Shown: positions 13,458 to 21,569 of the stretch, one piece after another
Layout of the letters: the number at the start of each line of letters is the position of its first letter
How positions within the stretch are numbered: the stretch's first letter is position 1
Assembly (NCBI GenBank): GCA_000493945.1
Contig: AWNW01000001.1
Span: 51,055 to 115,054, forward strand
Direction of reading: 5' to 3'
Length of the DNA stretch: 64,000 nucleotides
From: Candidatus Hydrogenedens terephthalaticus JGI OTU-1
Lineage (GTDB): Bacteria; Hydrogenedentota; Hydrogenedentia; Hydrogenedentales; Hydrogenedentaceae
Program-made: the position numbers and the translations under genes
The notes under the pieces: model-generated
The model's database searches: none
Told to the model about the DNA's origin: nothing
The model's input: only the letters and a program-made list of their open reading frames with translations

Positions 13458-13688
13458 TCATTCTTCATCCTCGTATAAATCATTTAATGTTTGCTTAAGA
13501 CTCTGAATATTTCTATATTCTGCTTCGCTTGATAATCTTGAAACATCATATTTCTGTGCAATCTTGATGTCCTTAAAAGAAAGACAATTCCCATGAACAA
13601 ATATTTCTCTTATCTGACTTCCCACAAAAAAATTTCTGCTTATCAAGATTTTGACTTTCAATAAGGAAATTGAGCAATGCTTTATCAA
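13458..13688 (-). CDS. hypothetical small protein, possibly frameshifted or a degraded gene remnant
   Basis: 76-aa ORF. A second frame directly upstream (…YFWSNLRKTKPIIDKALLNFLIESQNLDKQKFF) would fuse to it across an A7/T7 homopolymer at about 13626-13632, suggesting a roughly 105-aa protein interrupted by a frameshift. Confidence 0.25.
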   Translation of the reverse strand: MIKHCSISLLKVKILISRNFFVGSQIREIFVHGNCLSFKDIKIAQKYDVSRLSSEAEYRNIQSLKQTLNDLYEDEE

Positions 13689-13735
13689 TAATCGGTTTTG
13701 TTTTTCTTAAATTGCTCCAAAATATATGTGTTTCT

Positions 13736-14026
13736 CTAAACCTGCTTTTTCCAAATTTTCTTGGCTAAAATTTTTAAGTCTTTATAATTGCCTTTAATAA
13801 GAGATTCCTTTTTCTTTCTTGACCAGCCCTGCACTTGTTTTTCTCTATAGAATGCTTCATCAATTCTATCATATTCTTCATAATAAACAAGTTCTACAGG
13901 TAAACGGGTTTTAGTATAGTTGGCACCTTCACCATTTTGATGCTGCCATAATCTTCTTTCAAGATTAACAGTACTTCCGGTATAATAACTACCATCAGCA
14001 CATTTTAGAATGTACATGTATCCCAT
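13736..14026 (-). CDS. GIY-YIG nuclease family protein (UPF0213 / YhbQ-like)
   Basis: MGYMYILKCADGSYYTGSTVNLERRLWQHQNG carries the canonical GIY...YIG motif with the conserved Arg/Glu. 96 aa. It is the last gene of the R–Fic–M–GIY-YIG operon. Confidence 0.8.
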   Translation of the reverse strand: MGYMYILKCADGSYYTGSTVNLERRLWQHQNGEGANYTKTRLPVELVYYEEYDRIDEAFYREKQVQGWSRKKKESLIKGNYKDLKILAKKIWKKQV

Positions 14027-14050
14027 AGGTTACCTCTGTCTTATCATCGG

Positions 14051-15721
14051 TCACTTCGATACGGCCTTCGGCCTACTCAGTGACCGTTTCACTGGCCGCT
14101 GAGTAGTGGAGTGTTTTAAAACGGTTGCTGAGTAGTCCCAAAGGGACGTATCGAAGCCGGTTGCTGAGTAGTCCCAAAGGGACGTATCGGAGCCGGTTGC
14201 TGAGTAGTCCCAAAGGGACGTATCGGAGCCGGTTGCTGAGTAGTCCTGAAGGGATGTATTGGAGTTGGTTGCTGAGTAGTCCCGAAGGGATGTATTGGAG
14301 TCGGTTGCTGAGTAGTCCCGAAGGGATGTATTGGAGTCGGTTGCTGAGTAGTCCCGAAGGGATGTATTGGAGTCGGTTGCTGAGTAGTCCCGAAGGGATG
14401 TATTGGAGTCGGTTGCTGAGTAGTCCCGAAGGGACGTATCGAAGCAACCGTTTCGTATAGCAGTTATATATTCTCTAATCACATTCAAGGCATCGGGCAA
14501 GTCGTTTTTATCTATGGGTCTGCGTTGTGCTCCAAGGTCATAGCCGTCATTTTCAATCTTTACAAATAAAATAGAATCGGTTTTCTTTGCGAGCTGTTTA
14601 TCCATCAAAAGAATTGAAGTCTTAACACCCGAATATGGCTGAAAAACACCGGCAGGAAGCGATACAATCGCATAGAGATAATTTTCAACCAGCATTTTTC
14701 TGAGTTGTTTGTATGCATTAGCACTTTGGAAAATGATACCTTCAGGAACGATCACTGCGGCTCTACCGGTTGGTGTGAGGTGTTCTGCAATGTAATCCAC
14801 AAACAGCACCTCGCTGCGGTTGCTCTGCACGCTGAACTTTTTATGTGGTTTGATTCCGCCTTTCGGCGACATAAAAGGAGGATTGGCAAGAATCACATCG
14901 GCGTATTCATTCCAGCGGTCTTCGCTGGTAAGGGTATCATATTCAAATATTTGAGGCTGAACAAAGCCGTGCAGATACATATTTACAAGTGAAAGCCGTA
15001 CCATATCCGGCGAAATATCGTAGCCCTTGAAATTTTCAAAAAGTTTTTTGCGTTCCTCTACACTAAGCAAATCACCCCTGTAACCGCCATTATTGCCATT
15101 CTGTGTTTTATATTTTGGTGATGTATTTTCTTTTAGAATATGTTTGTATGCAGAAATCAAAAATCCAGCAGTACCGCAGGCAGGGTCTAAAACGGTTTCA
15201 TGTTTCTGTGGATTAACAATTTCTACCATAAAATCTATAATATGCCGTGGTGTTCTGAATTGACCCGCATCGCCTTGACTGCCGAGTACCGAAAGCAGAT
15301 ACTCAAAAGCATCGCCCAGTCGTTCGGAATGGTCGTATGTAAATTCATTGATGGTTTTGAGAAAAAGTTTTAATGTTTCGGGGTCGCGATAAGGAAGATA
15401 GGCATTTTTAAAGATATCACGGAAAAGTTGAGGCAGATTTGGATTCTGATTAAGATTTACAATGGCTTCGCTGTAAAGGGCGAGCATTTCATAACCGCCG
15501 ATGTGTGGGTCAAATATCTTGTTCCAGGCATAGCGTTCATAATTGCCGGTGAAAAAACTTGGTTTTCCGCCGAGTTCAATGGCTTCCTTGTCCATGTCAT
15601 CCATGAACTTATACACAAGCGCAATAGTAATCTGCTCCACCTGACTTTTAGGGTCAGGCACTTTGCCCACAAGTATATCGCGGGCTGTATCAATTCTTCG
15701 TTTTGTTTCGTTGTCTAACAT
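14051..15721 (-). CDS. hsdM: type I restriction-modification HsdM-like N6-adenine DNA methyltransferase with a C-terminal 12-aa tandem-repeat extension
   Basis: HsdM N-terminal domain, motif X/I (GQFRTPRHIIDFMVEIVNP...VLDPACGTAGFL) and motif IV NPPF. From about residue 432 the frame runs through nine repeats of TSLRDYSATDSN-like units encoded by 36-bp DNA repeats. Confidence 0.75.
   Translation of the reverse strand: MLDNETKRRIDTARDILVGKVPDPKSQVEQITIALVYKFMDDMDKEAIELGGKPSFFTGNYERYAWNKIFDPHIGGYEMLALYSEAIVNLNQNPNLPQLFRDIFKNAYLPYRDPETLKLFLKTINEFTYDHSERLGDAFEYLLSVLGSQGDAGQFRTPRHIIDFMVEIVNPQKHETVLDPACGTAGFLISAYKHILKENTSPKYKTQNGNNGGYRGDLLSVEERKKLFENFKGYDISPDMVRLSLVNMYLHGFVQPQIFEYDTLTSEDRWNEYADVILANPPFMSPKGGIKPHKKFSVQSNRSEVLFVDYIAEHLTPTGRAAVIVPEGIIFQSANAYKQLRKMLVENYLYAIVSLPAGVFQPYSGVKTSILLMDKQLAKKTDSILFVKIENDGYDLGAQRRPIDKNDLPDALNVIREYITAIRNGCFDTSLRDYSATDSNTSLRDYSATDSNTSLRDYSATDSNTSLRDYSATDSNTSLRDYSATNSNTSLQDYSATGSDTSLWDYSATGSDTSLWDYSATGFDTSLWDYSATVLKHSTTQRPVKRSLSRPKAVSK
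14122..14445. repeat. tandem array of nine 36-bp direct repeats (consensus cggttgctgagtagtccc[a/g]aaggga[c/t]gtat[c/t]g[g/a]ag[c/t]) plus a partial copy upstream
   Basis: The period is exactly 36 bp. There are two sub-variants (gacgtatcggagcc type and gatgtattggagtc type), and the first and last copies are identical. All six frames are open across the array. No unique spacers are present, so this is not CRISPR. Confidence 0.9.
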
Positions 15722-15781
15722 AAAGATTCCTAATCATTTACATATATTGAAAATTCGTATTTTTTCACTATATCTTTGCTT

Positions 15782-15814
15782 ATATGTCGAAAAAAAGCGT
15801 TTTTTTCGACATAT
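15782..15814. promoter_or_regulatory. perfect 33-bp palindrome atatgtcgaaaaaaa-gcg-tttttttcgacatat in the fic–hsdM intergenic gap, with a third half-site-like copy (acatgtcgaaaat) at 15822-15834
   Basis: 15-bp arms are perfectly inverted around a GCG centre. The element could form a strong hairpin (internal terminator or attenuator) or serve as an operator separating hsdM/GIY-YIG expression from hsdR–fic. Confidence 0.4.
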
Positions 15815-15835
15815 CAAAAAAACATGTCGAAAATT

Positions 15836-16954
15836 TCAAATTTTTTTATCATATTCATGGCTTTCATTAGCGGATAAATCAAAATTTTTAAAAAGTAAGA
15901 ACAACGGCTCATTAATGTAATAATTCGATTTACCGAATTTTTCCATTTTCAGTAAACCTCCTTCTACAAGTTGGTCCAAGTAATTTGCTGCTGTCTGGCG
16001 GTGCACCTTTAAGTCTTTTTGCAAAAACTCGATTTTTGTATAAGGTTGCTTAAAAAGATTATTCAATAAATCCTGAGAGTAAAATTTATAGTTGTTCCTG
16101 ATTTTTTGTTTATACTCCTGCATAAGTTCTTTTATTTTGTTTATCAGAATAATAGTGCTATTCGAGGTAACTTCAACTCCTCGTAACAGATAGAGAATCC
16201 ATGCCTCCCAGTTCTCTTTATCCCTAACCTCCTGTAAAAGTCTATAATAATCTAATTTTGTTCTAATAATATAACTGCTTAGGTAAAGTACTGGTAAGTC
16301 GAGCAAACCTTTTTGAATAAGGTAAAGAATATTGAGAATTCTTCCTGTTCTGCCATTTCCATCATAGAATGGATGAATTGATTCAAATTGAAAATGAATG
16401 ATAGCCATTTTAATTAAGGGATCAATCGGATGAAGAGAGTCATTGTTAATATAATCAATCAAATTATTCATTAATGAAATAATTTGTTCATGACCCTGAG
16501 GTGGAATATATACAGTTTTTCCAGTATCGAGGTTCTTTAATTCTGTTCCTGGGAGAGTTCTATAGCCAGCATTATTATGAATAATTGTTTCTTGAATTTT
16601 TAAAATTAAGTTGTTTGAAATAATAAATTTTTTATTGTGCATTAGTTCAAAACCTTCCCGAACAGCCTGAGCATATCGCTGGACTTCTTTAGCTGCAGGG
16701 TTTGATATAAAGTTTTCAAAAAGATTATCCTTATAAATCTCGTCATGCGTGGTAATGATATTTTCAATAGCCGAGCTGTCTTTTGCTTCAAGTAAAGGCA
16801 AGGTATAGAGCAATATGGTTTCATTAGGAATTGTTTTAGAAACACCTTTTAATTCCGCAAGATATCTATGTGCAGCAGCAAGCTGTTTAAGTACTGCTTT
16901 TGTCTCCACATCTTTTTTTGGCGGAAGTGGTGTTAAAATGTAGTTATCATTCAT
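15836..16954 (-). CDS. fic: Fic/DOC family protein (AMPylation-type Fic domain with a C-terminal winged-helix domain)
   Basis: Canonical Fic motif HPFYDGNGRTGR (HxFx[D/E]GNGRxxR). 372 aa. It starts 12 bp after the hsdR-like stop. Confidence 0.85.
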   Translation of the reverse strand: MNDNYILTPLPPKKDVETKAVLKQLAAAHRYLAELKGVSKTIPNETILLYTLPLLEAKDSSAIENIITTHDEIYKDNLFENFISNPAAKEVQRYAQAVREGFELMHNKKFIISNNLILKIQETIIHNNAGYRTLPGTELKNLDTGKTVYIPPQGHEQIISLMNNLIDYINNDSLHPIDPLIKMAIIHFQFESIHPFYDGNGRTGRILNILYLIQKGLLDLPVLYLSSYIIRTKLDYYRLLQEVRDKENWEAWILYLLRGVEVTSNSTIILINKIKELMQEYKQKIRNNYKFYSQDLLNNLFKQPYTKIEFLQKDLKVHRQTAANYLDQLVEGGLLKMEKFGKSNYYINEPLFLLFKNFDLSANESHEYDKKI

Positions 16955-16966
16955 ATTTAAAAAACC

Positions 16967-19495
16967 TCACGCTACAAACTTGTTCAATGGCACAAAATCT
17001 TTAATATACTCAGGAATTGAACTCCGCAGTTCAGGTGGTAATTTCTTGAATGCTTCACCGTAGGGTGAAACATTCAAAAGAGCAAAATTCTTATTGTCTA
17101 TGATTGCCCTGAAATCAGCATCAAGAATGTAAGCATTAAAGACTGTTTTGGCATAATTAAAATACTCTTCTTTGGGCAAATATCTGCTGTCAAATTTATC
17201 AAACTCTTCATCCAGAAGTTCATTTTTTGTCTTAAAGTAGGGGATAATCCCAAATATCTTCTCTATGATTTCCCGCATGGAAACACGGCGGTCAATCTGA
17301 ATGGAGGAACGAAGTTTTTCGAGTGTAAAATATTCCTCGGGCTTATCAAGTATATGCTTTTCAAGATAAGCCAAAAGTTCGTCCCACTTACCTTCCTCTG
17401 CCTGCTCTTTAAGAATCGGATGTTCAATGATAGTTTTTTCAAATTTTTCAAAATACATTCTATCAATCTTCATTCCGTCGGGACCGATAACAAAATGTTC
17501 GAGTTTTATTATCTGGTCTGACTGTGAACTGTCATAACTGTAAATGCCTGATGGCTCTCTAAATTCTAAAGCGGTATTTTCTCCTGAGCCTGGTTTTGGC
17601 AGTTTGAGTACTTCATCATAATTAAACTTTTCTTCAAAATACTCGCAGTTAGCAAAAAAATCAAACATTTTGAAATTTTCTTTTTGCTTCTCGCCAATCT
17701 GCACTTTTTGTTGCAGATCAGTAAGATCAGTAGCGAAGTTGTATTTTCTTGTGCCTCTACCTTTAATCTGAATAAAATCGGTAGGAGAAAAAATGGGTCG
17801 CATCAGGCAAAGATTGAGAATATCAGGACAGTCATAGCCCGTTGTCATCATGCCGACAGTTACGCAAACGCGGGTTTTGCTGGTTTTATACGAGGGGTTA
17901 AAATTACCCGTGCCTGAGAGGCGGTTATTTGTAAAATTGATGGTAAACTGTTGAGAATCAACAATTCGGGATGTAACTTGAATGGCAAAATCTGAATTGT
18001 ATTTTCCAGGAAACATTTGATGAGCCATTTCATTCAATATTTGGGTAATTTTCGCTGCATGGTTTTGCGAAACACAATAGACAATGGTTTTTCCAATCTC
18101 TCCGCTTATCGGATCCCTGTAAGCATTTTCCAAAAAGGCTTTGCAAAATTCGCGGTTAGTGCTTTCTGAAAAGAACTTTTTCTCAAAATCCTTATGAATA
18201 AAAATTTCTTCCACTTCTTCGCCTTCATCATTTTGTATGGTTACAAAGTAGCCTTTATCGGAAAGCAGTTGGGTTGTAATTTCTGTCCGTGCATCTACAA
18301 CTACAGGATTTATGAGAAATCCTTCTTTTACGCCATCGAGTAAGGAATATCTGAAAGTGGGCTCTCCATTTTCACAGCCAAAGGTTTTATAGGTATCTAA
18401 AAGCAAACGGCGTTCGAGTTGTCGCGGATCATTTTCACCAAGTTTTGATGTATCAATATGTTTTAGATAGTCTTTGGGTGTTGCGGTGAGTCCCAGTTTA
18501 TAACCTATGAAGTATTCAAAAACTGCTCTGCTGTTTCCGCCAATACTTCGATGTGCCTCATCAGAGATTACCAGATCAAAATCATCAGGTGCGAAAAGTC
18601 TTTTATATCTGTTCTTTGACAAAAAGGTTTGCACAGTTGAAACCACAATCTCTGCTTTTCGCCAGTCATCACGGTTTTCTTTGTAAATAGCTGTTTGATA
18701 GTCATTTCTTAAGTATGCGACAAAGGCTTTATATGCTTGGTCTTCAAGTTCGAGCCTATCGACTAAAAACAAAACACGCCGAGCATTTCCTGTTCGAAGG
18801 AACAACTTAATAACCGCAGCCGATACAAGTGTTTTTCCTGTACCTGTAGCCATTTCAAAAAGAAAGCGATCTTTTCCTTCTTTCACAGCATTTTGAATGG
18901 ATTGTATTGCCAATACTTGATATCTTCTTAAAAATTTTAACTTATTTTGTTCAATGAAACTTTTTCTGGTTTCTTCATTTATGTAGGAAGGGTCGTTTTT
19001 ATAATCCGGTTTTTGTGTAAGTACAATGTAATCATCATTGACTGTTTCACTGACTAATCTTTTTCTATCCGGCTTAAAAGTAGAATATCCCTTTACTGTT
19101 TCTGGCGAGGGGAAACGGCTTATAATATGAGGGTTGCCTCTTTCCAAATCCCAGAAATAATGAATATTCCCATTTGAAAGTATAATAAAGCGGCAATTTT
19201 GAGAAATAGCATACCGTCGAGCTTGTTCTTTACCAAAAAGAGGGTTTTTATCTTCTGCTTTTGCTTCTAAGACAATAAAGGGGAAGCCCTGCTCATCGAG
19301 TAATAAAAAGTCTATAAATCCGTTGCTTGTCTTCTCAAAATCCTCTCCAAACTCATTTAACTTTTCTATTGTGAGTTTGACATTATTTTCAAGAAGAATA
19401 TTAGCCTTGCCAGATTCATTATCAAAGAAACGCCATCCGGCTTCTTCAAGAAGTTTATTGATTTTTATCCTTGCTTTTGCTTCTTTCTCTGCCAT
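16967..19495 (-). CDS. hsdR: type I restriction enzyme R-subunit-like (HsdR-family) nuclease-helicase
   Basis: N-terminal HsdR_N / PD-(D/E)xK nuclease (IDFLLLDEQGFPFIVLEAK) followed by SF2 helicase motifs I (EMATGTGKT) and II (VISDEAH), and a C-terminal helicase domain. 842 aa. Confidence 0.7.
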   Translation of the reverse strand: MAEKEAKARIKINKLLEEAGWRFFDNESGKANILLENNVKLTIEKLNEFGEDFEKTSNGFIDFLLLDEQGFPFIVLEAKAEDKNPLFGKEQARRYAISQNCRFIILSNGNIHYFWDLERGNPHIISRFPSPETVKGYSTFKPDRKRLVSETVNDDYIVLTQKPDYKNDPSYINEETRKSFIEQNKLKFLRRYQVLAIQSIQNAVKEGKDRFLFEMATGTGKTLVSAAVIKLFLRTGNARRVLFLVDRLELEDQAYKAFVAYLRNDYQTAIYKENRDDWRKAEIVVSTVQTFLSKNRYKRLFAPDDFDLVISDEAHRSIGGNSRAVFEYFIGYKLGLTATPKDYLKHIDTSKLGENDPRQLERRLLLDTYKTFGCENGEPTFRYSLLDGVKEGFLINPVVVDARTEITTQLLSDKGYFVTIQNDEGEEVEEIFIHKDFEKKFFSESTNREFCKAFLENAYRDPISGEIGKTIVYCVSQNHAAKITQILNEMAHQMFPGKYNSDFAIQVTSRIVDSQQFTINFTNNRLSGTGNFNPSYKTSKTRVCVTVGMMTTGYDCPDILNLCLMRPIFSPTDFIQIKGRGTRKYNFATDLTDLQQKVQIGEKQKENFKMFDFFANCEYFEEKFNYDEVLKLPKPGSGENTALEFREPSGIYSYDSSQSDQIIKLEHFVIGPDGMKIDRMYFEKFEKTIIEHPILKEQAEEGKWDELLAYLEKHILDKPEEYFTLEKLRSSIQIDRRVSMREIIEKIFGIIPYFKTKNELLDEEFDKFDSRYLPKEEYFNYAKTVFNAYILDADFRAIIDNKNFALLNVSPYGEAFKKLPPELRSSIPEYIKDFVPLNKFVA

Positions 19496-19985
19496 AATTA
19501 AGCCTTCTCAATGTATATCATAATCATATTCCTCTTTCCCGCAATAGACAGTGGGTGTTCTTGGTTCGGTGTTAAGAAATCTAACTATATCTTTTTTTCT
19601 CAATACTTTCTTTGATACTCTACCTTTTGCACAACTTGTTCTTATACGAATCGAATGCATAACATAGACCTTTTGTAGCATATTATACGAATTTTATGTG
19701 TAATTGTTAGTAAAATTACTGATAACCACTTAACTAAATTTAGATTGCTAATTTTCATAAAATTATACAAAAACAATACTTGAAACAAACAAAACAGGGA
19801 TTAAGATTAAGAAATTACGGTTTTGAAACTATAAAGGCTTATTTGAGTTATTAGAAGGGGTGTATTAATTTCGAAAAATAAATATGGAAAAAATTAAGGA
19901 ATTATTACTAAGCAAACAAAGTAAGAAAATATTTTTCGCAAATAATTAATTTTCGTTCAAATTCAATGAAGTTTTTATAGTGAGA

Positions 19986-20014
19986 AAGAAACAAAAATGG
20001 TGGGCGATACTGGA
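19986..20014. repeat. 29-bp direct repeat (tRNA-Val 3' end plus flank); the proximal att-like boundary of the island
   Basis: Identical to 13038-13066. Confidence 0.8.
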
Positions 20015-20076
20015 CTTGAACCAGTGACCCCTTGCATGTCAAGCAAGTACTCTAACCACCTGAGCTAATCGCCCAC
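19997..20076 (-). tRNA. tRNA-Val (anticodon GAC)
   Basis: Reverse complement GTGGGCGATTAGCTCAGGTGGTTAGAGTACTTGCTTTGACATGCAAGGGGTCACTGGTTCAAGTCCAGTATCGCCCACCA. It has a 7-bp acceptor stem GGGCGAT/ATCGCCC, T-arm ACTGG-TTCAAGT-CCAGT, anticodon stem CTTGC/GCAAG, GAC in the loop, and an encoded CCA. Hand-folding gives an 8-nt anticodon loop (TTTGACAT), one T more than the canonical TTGACAT. Confidence 0.8.
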
Positions 20077-20150
20077 TCAGTATAAATGGGAATATAAATT
20101 ATATCAATCTATTAGGGTATTGTCAAATTATTGAATATTTAAGGCGATGT

Positions 20151-21518
20151 TTATTTTTTTGTTGTGTCGTTGGGTATGGCTTTGACATTTTCTATATCTA
20201 CTTTGAATGGGTAGATATTTTCAGGGAGAACTTTCATTTGTGTGCAAATGCTGTACGGATTGCCAAAGGAACCGGGAAATCGGACTTCGACATAGTAAGC
20301 ACTCCAGCCGGTTTTGGGTTGAACCAATTTTGCTTTGGCTTTTCCCTTTCCTTTTAAGGGTGTGCTTTCCCATTTGGAGTTTCTAAAATCGCGGTTGTTG
20401 GAATCGGCTTTCCAAAGGTAAGCAGTTCCTTCCGGATTATCCCATTTTACGGTTATGGTATTTCTTTTCGATATTTCCCAGGACACTGAAGGGAACGATT
20501 TTTTCTCTTTTGCGAATAGGAAAAATTCGGCTAATGTAGCAATGCCTGTGGGTGATGCATCATGCCCTGTATTGGCTTGATAACACAAATATTTTGGAGC
20601 AGGGAAGTCCGGGAAGTATAGATTGGCAGAGTCTACAGTCCAATAGGGGTCGTTAGTGCCAAGAAGAATTAACTTGGGCAATGTAAGTGAATTTCTGTAA
20701 GTATAAGGGTCAACGATGCTTAATAATTGTTCTCCTTTCGGTAAATGCATTCTCTGAGGAATTTTAAGACGGGTGTAATCTTCTATTTCGCTACTGAAAG
20801 TGCCGTAGCATTCTAATTGATGGAGCATTTGTTGTTTCATGTTCAGCACATCAATAACAGCAGGGGCAATGGCTACAACTCTGGGGTCTCCTGTTGCTGC
20901 GGTTAGCCATGTTGTCCAACCTCTTTTAGAGCCACCTGTAAGAACGAATCGTTTGATTTCATGGTTGTCTGTATCCTTCTGCACCAACTGTATAGTATCC
21001 ATAGCACGGACGGCACTTTTTACCATAGGTAGTAATAATGGCCATTCATCTCCTTCTCCGTTGAGATATTTATCGTAGGTGTATGCGATAATTTCATCTT
21101 CATTTCTTCCATCAAATAAGGGTTGATTGGGAACCTGAGACAGAACTGCGATAACAGAATTTGTCTTTTTCGCAACTGTGACGGCAACTTTAAATTCCAG
21201 AGAATTAATATTGGGTTCTTTTTGTCGGTTTGAGCCTCCACTAATAACAAGCATGGCTATGTCAGAATTCTTTATTTCAGGTGGACAGAGTAGAACAAGC
21301 CAATGAGTCCAGACTATATTCTGCCATGTCTGTGATGTCAGCCGAACAATTTTTGCTTTGCAACCCTCTACATCTTTTGTATCTACAATTTCATAGGAGT
21401 AGGTTGGGTCGGGTTTGGTTACATAACTTTTTAAGTCGGCATGAGTAAATGATGGGATGAATAAAAGGTTTAAAAACAAGGGGAAGAAAAACACAATGGC
21501 TAATTTGTTCTTTTTCAT
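20151..21518 (-). CDS. secreted PhoPQ-activated-pathogenicity-related (PqaA-like) predicted alpha/beta hydrolase
   Basis: Signal peptide MKKNKLAIVFFFPLFLNLLFIPSFTHA. The TGGSKRGWTTWLTAA motif resembles the PqaA family nucleophile region. Confidence 0.45.
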   Translation of the reverse strand: MKKNKLAIVFFFPLFLNLLFIPSFTHADLKSYVTKPDPTYSYEIVDTKDVEGCKAKIVRLTSQTWQNIVWTHWLVLLCPPEIKNSDIAMLVISGGSNRQKEPNINSLEFKVAVTVAKKTNSVIAVLSQVPNQPLFDGRNEDEIIAYTYDKYLNGEGDEWPLLLPMVKSAVRAMDTIQLVQKDTDNHEIKRFVLTGGSKRGWTTWLTAATGDPRVVAIAPAVIDVLNMKQQMLHQLECYGTFSSEIEDYTRLKIPQRMHLPKGEQLLSIVDPYTYRNSLTLPKLILLGTNDPYWTVDSANLYFPDFPAPKYLCYQANTGHDASPTGIATLAEFFLFAKEKKSFPSVSWEISKRNTITVKWDNPEGTAYLWKADSNNRDFRNSKWESTPLKGKGKAKAKLVQPKTGWSAYYVEVRFPGSFGNPYSICTQMKVLPENIYPFKVDIENVKAIPNDTTKK

Positions 21519-21569
21519 AAAAGGTCTCCTATTGAATGTTTTAATAAAATGTGTTTATTTTAAGACATG

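Noticed and set aside
14090-14460. Possible CRISPR array
   Set aside because: The units are directly tandem, with a period of exactly 36 bp and no unique spacers, and they lie inside a methyltransferase reading frame. No cas genes are nearby. This is a tandem repeat, not CRISPR.
13067-19985. Search for an integrase, recombinase or transposase that would explain the att-like repeats
   Set aside because: No ORF in the island or its flanks shows tyrosine/serine-recombinase or DDE-transposase motifs. The island is therefore reported as integrase-less, possibly degraded or mobilised in trans, rather than as a complete integrative element.
19997-20076. Expanded anticodon loop read as a definite frameshift-suppressor tRNA
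   Set aside because: The extra nucleotide sits in a T homopolymer and the folding was done by hand. It is kept as a low-interest finding only, because a sequencing or assembly indel or a mis-assigned stem is at least as likely.
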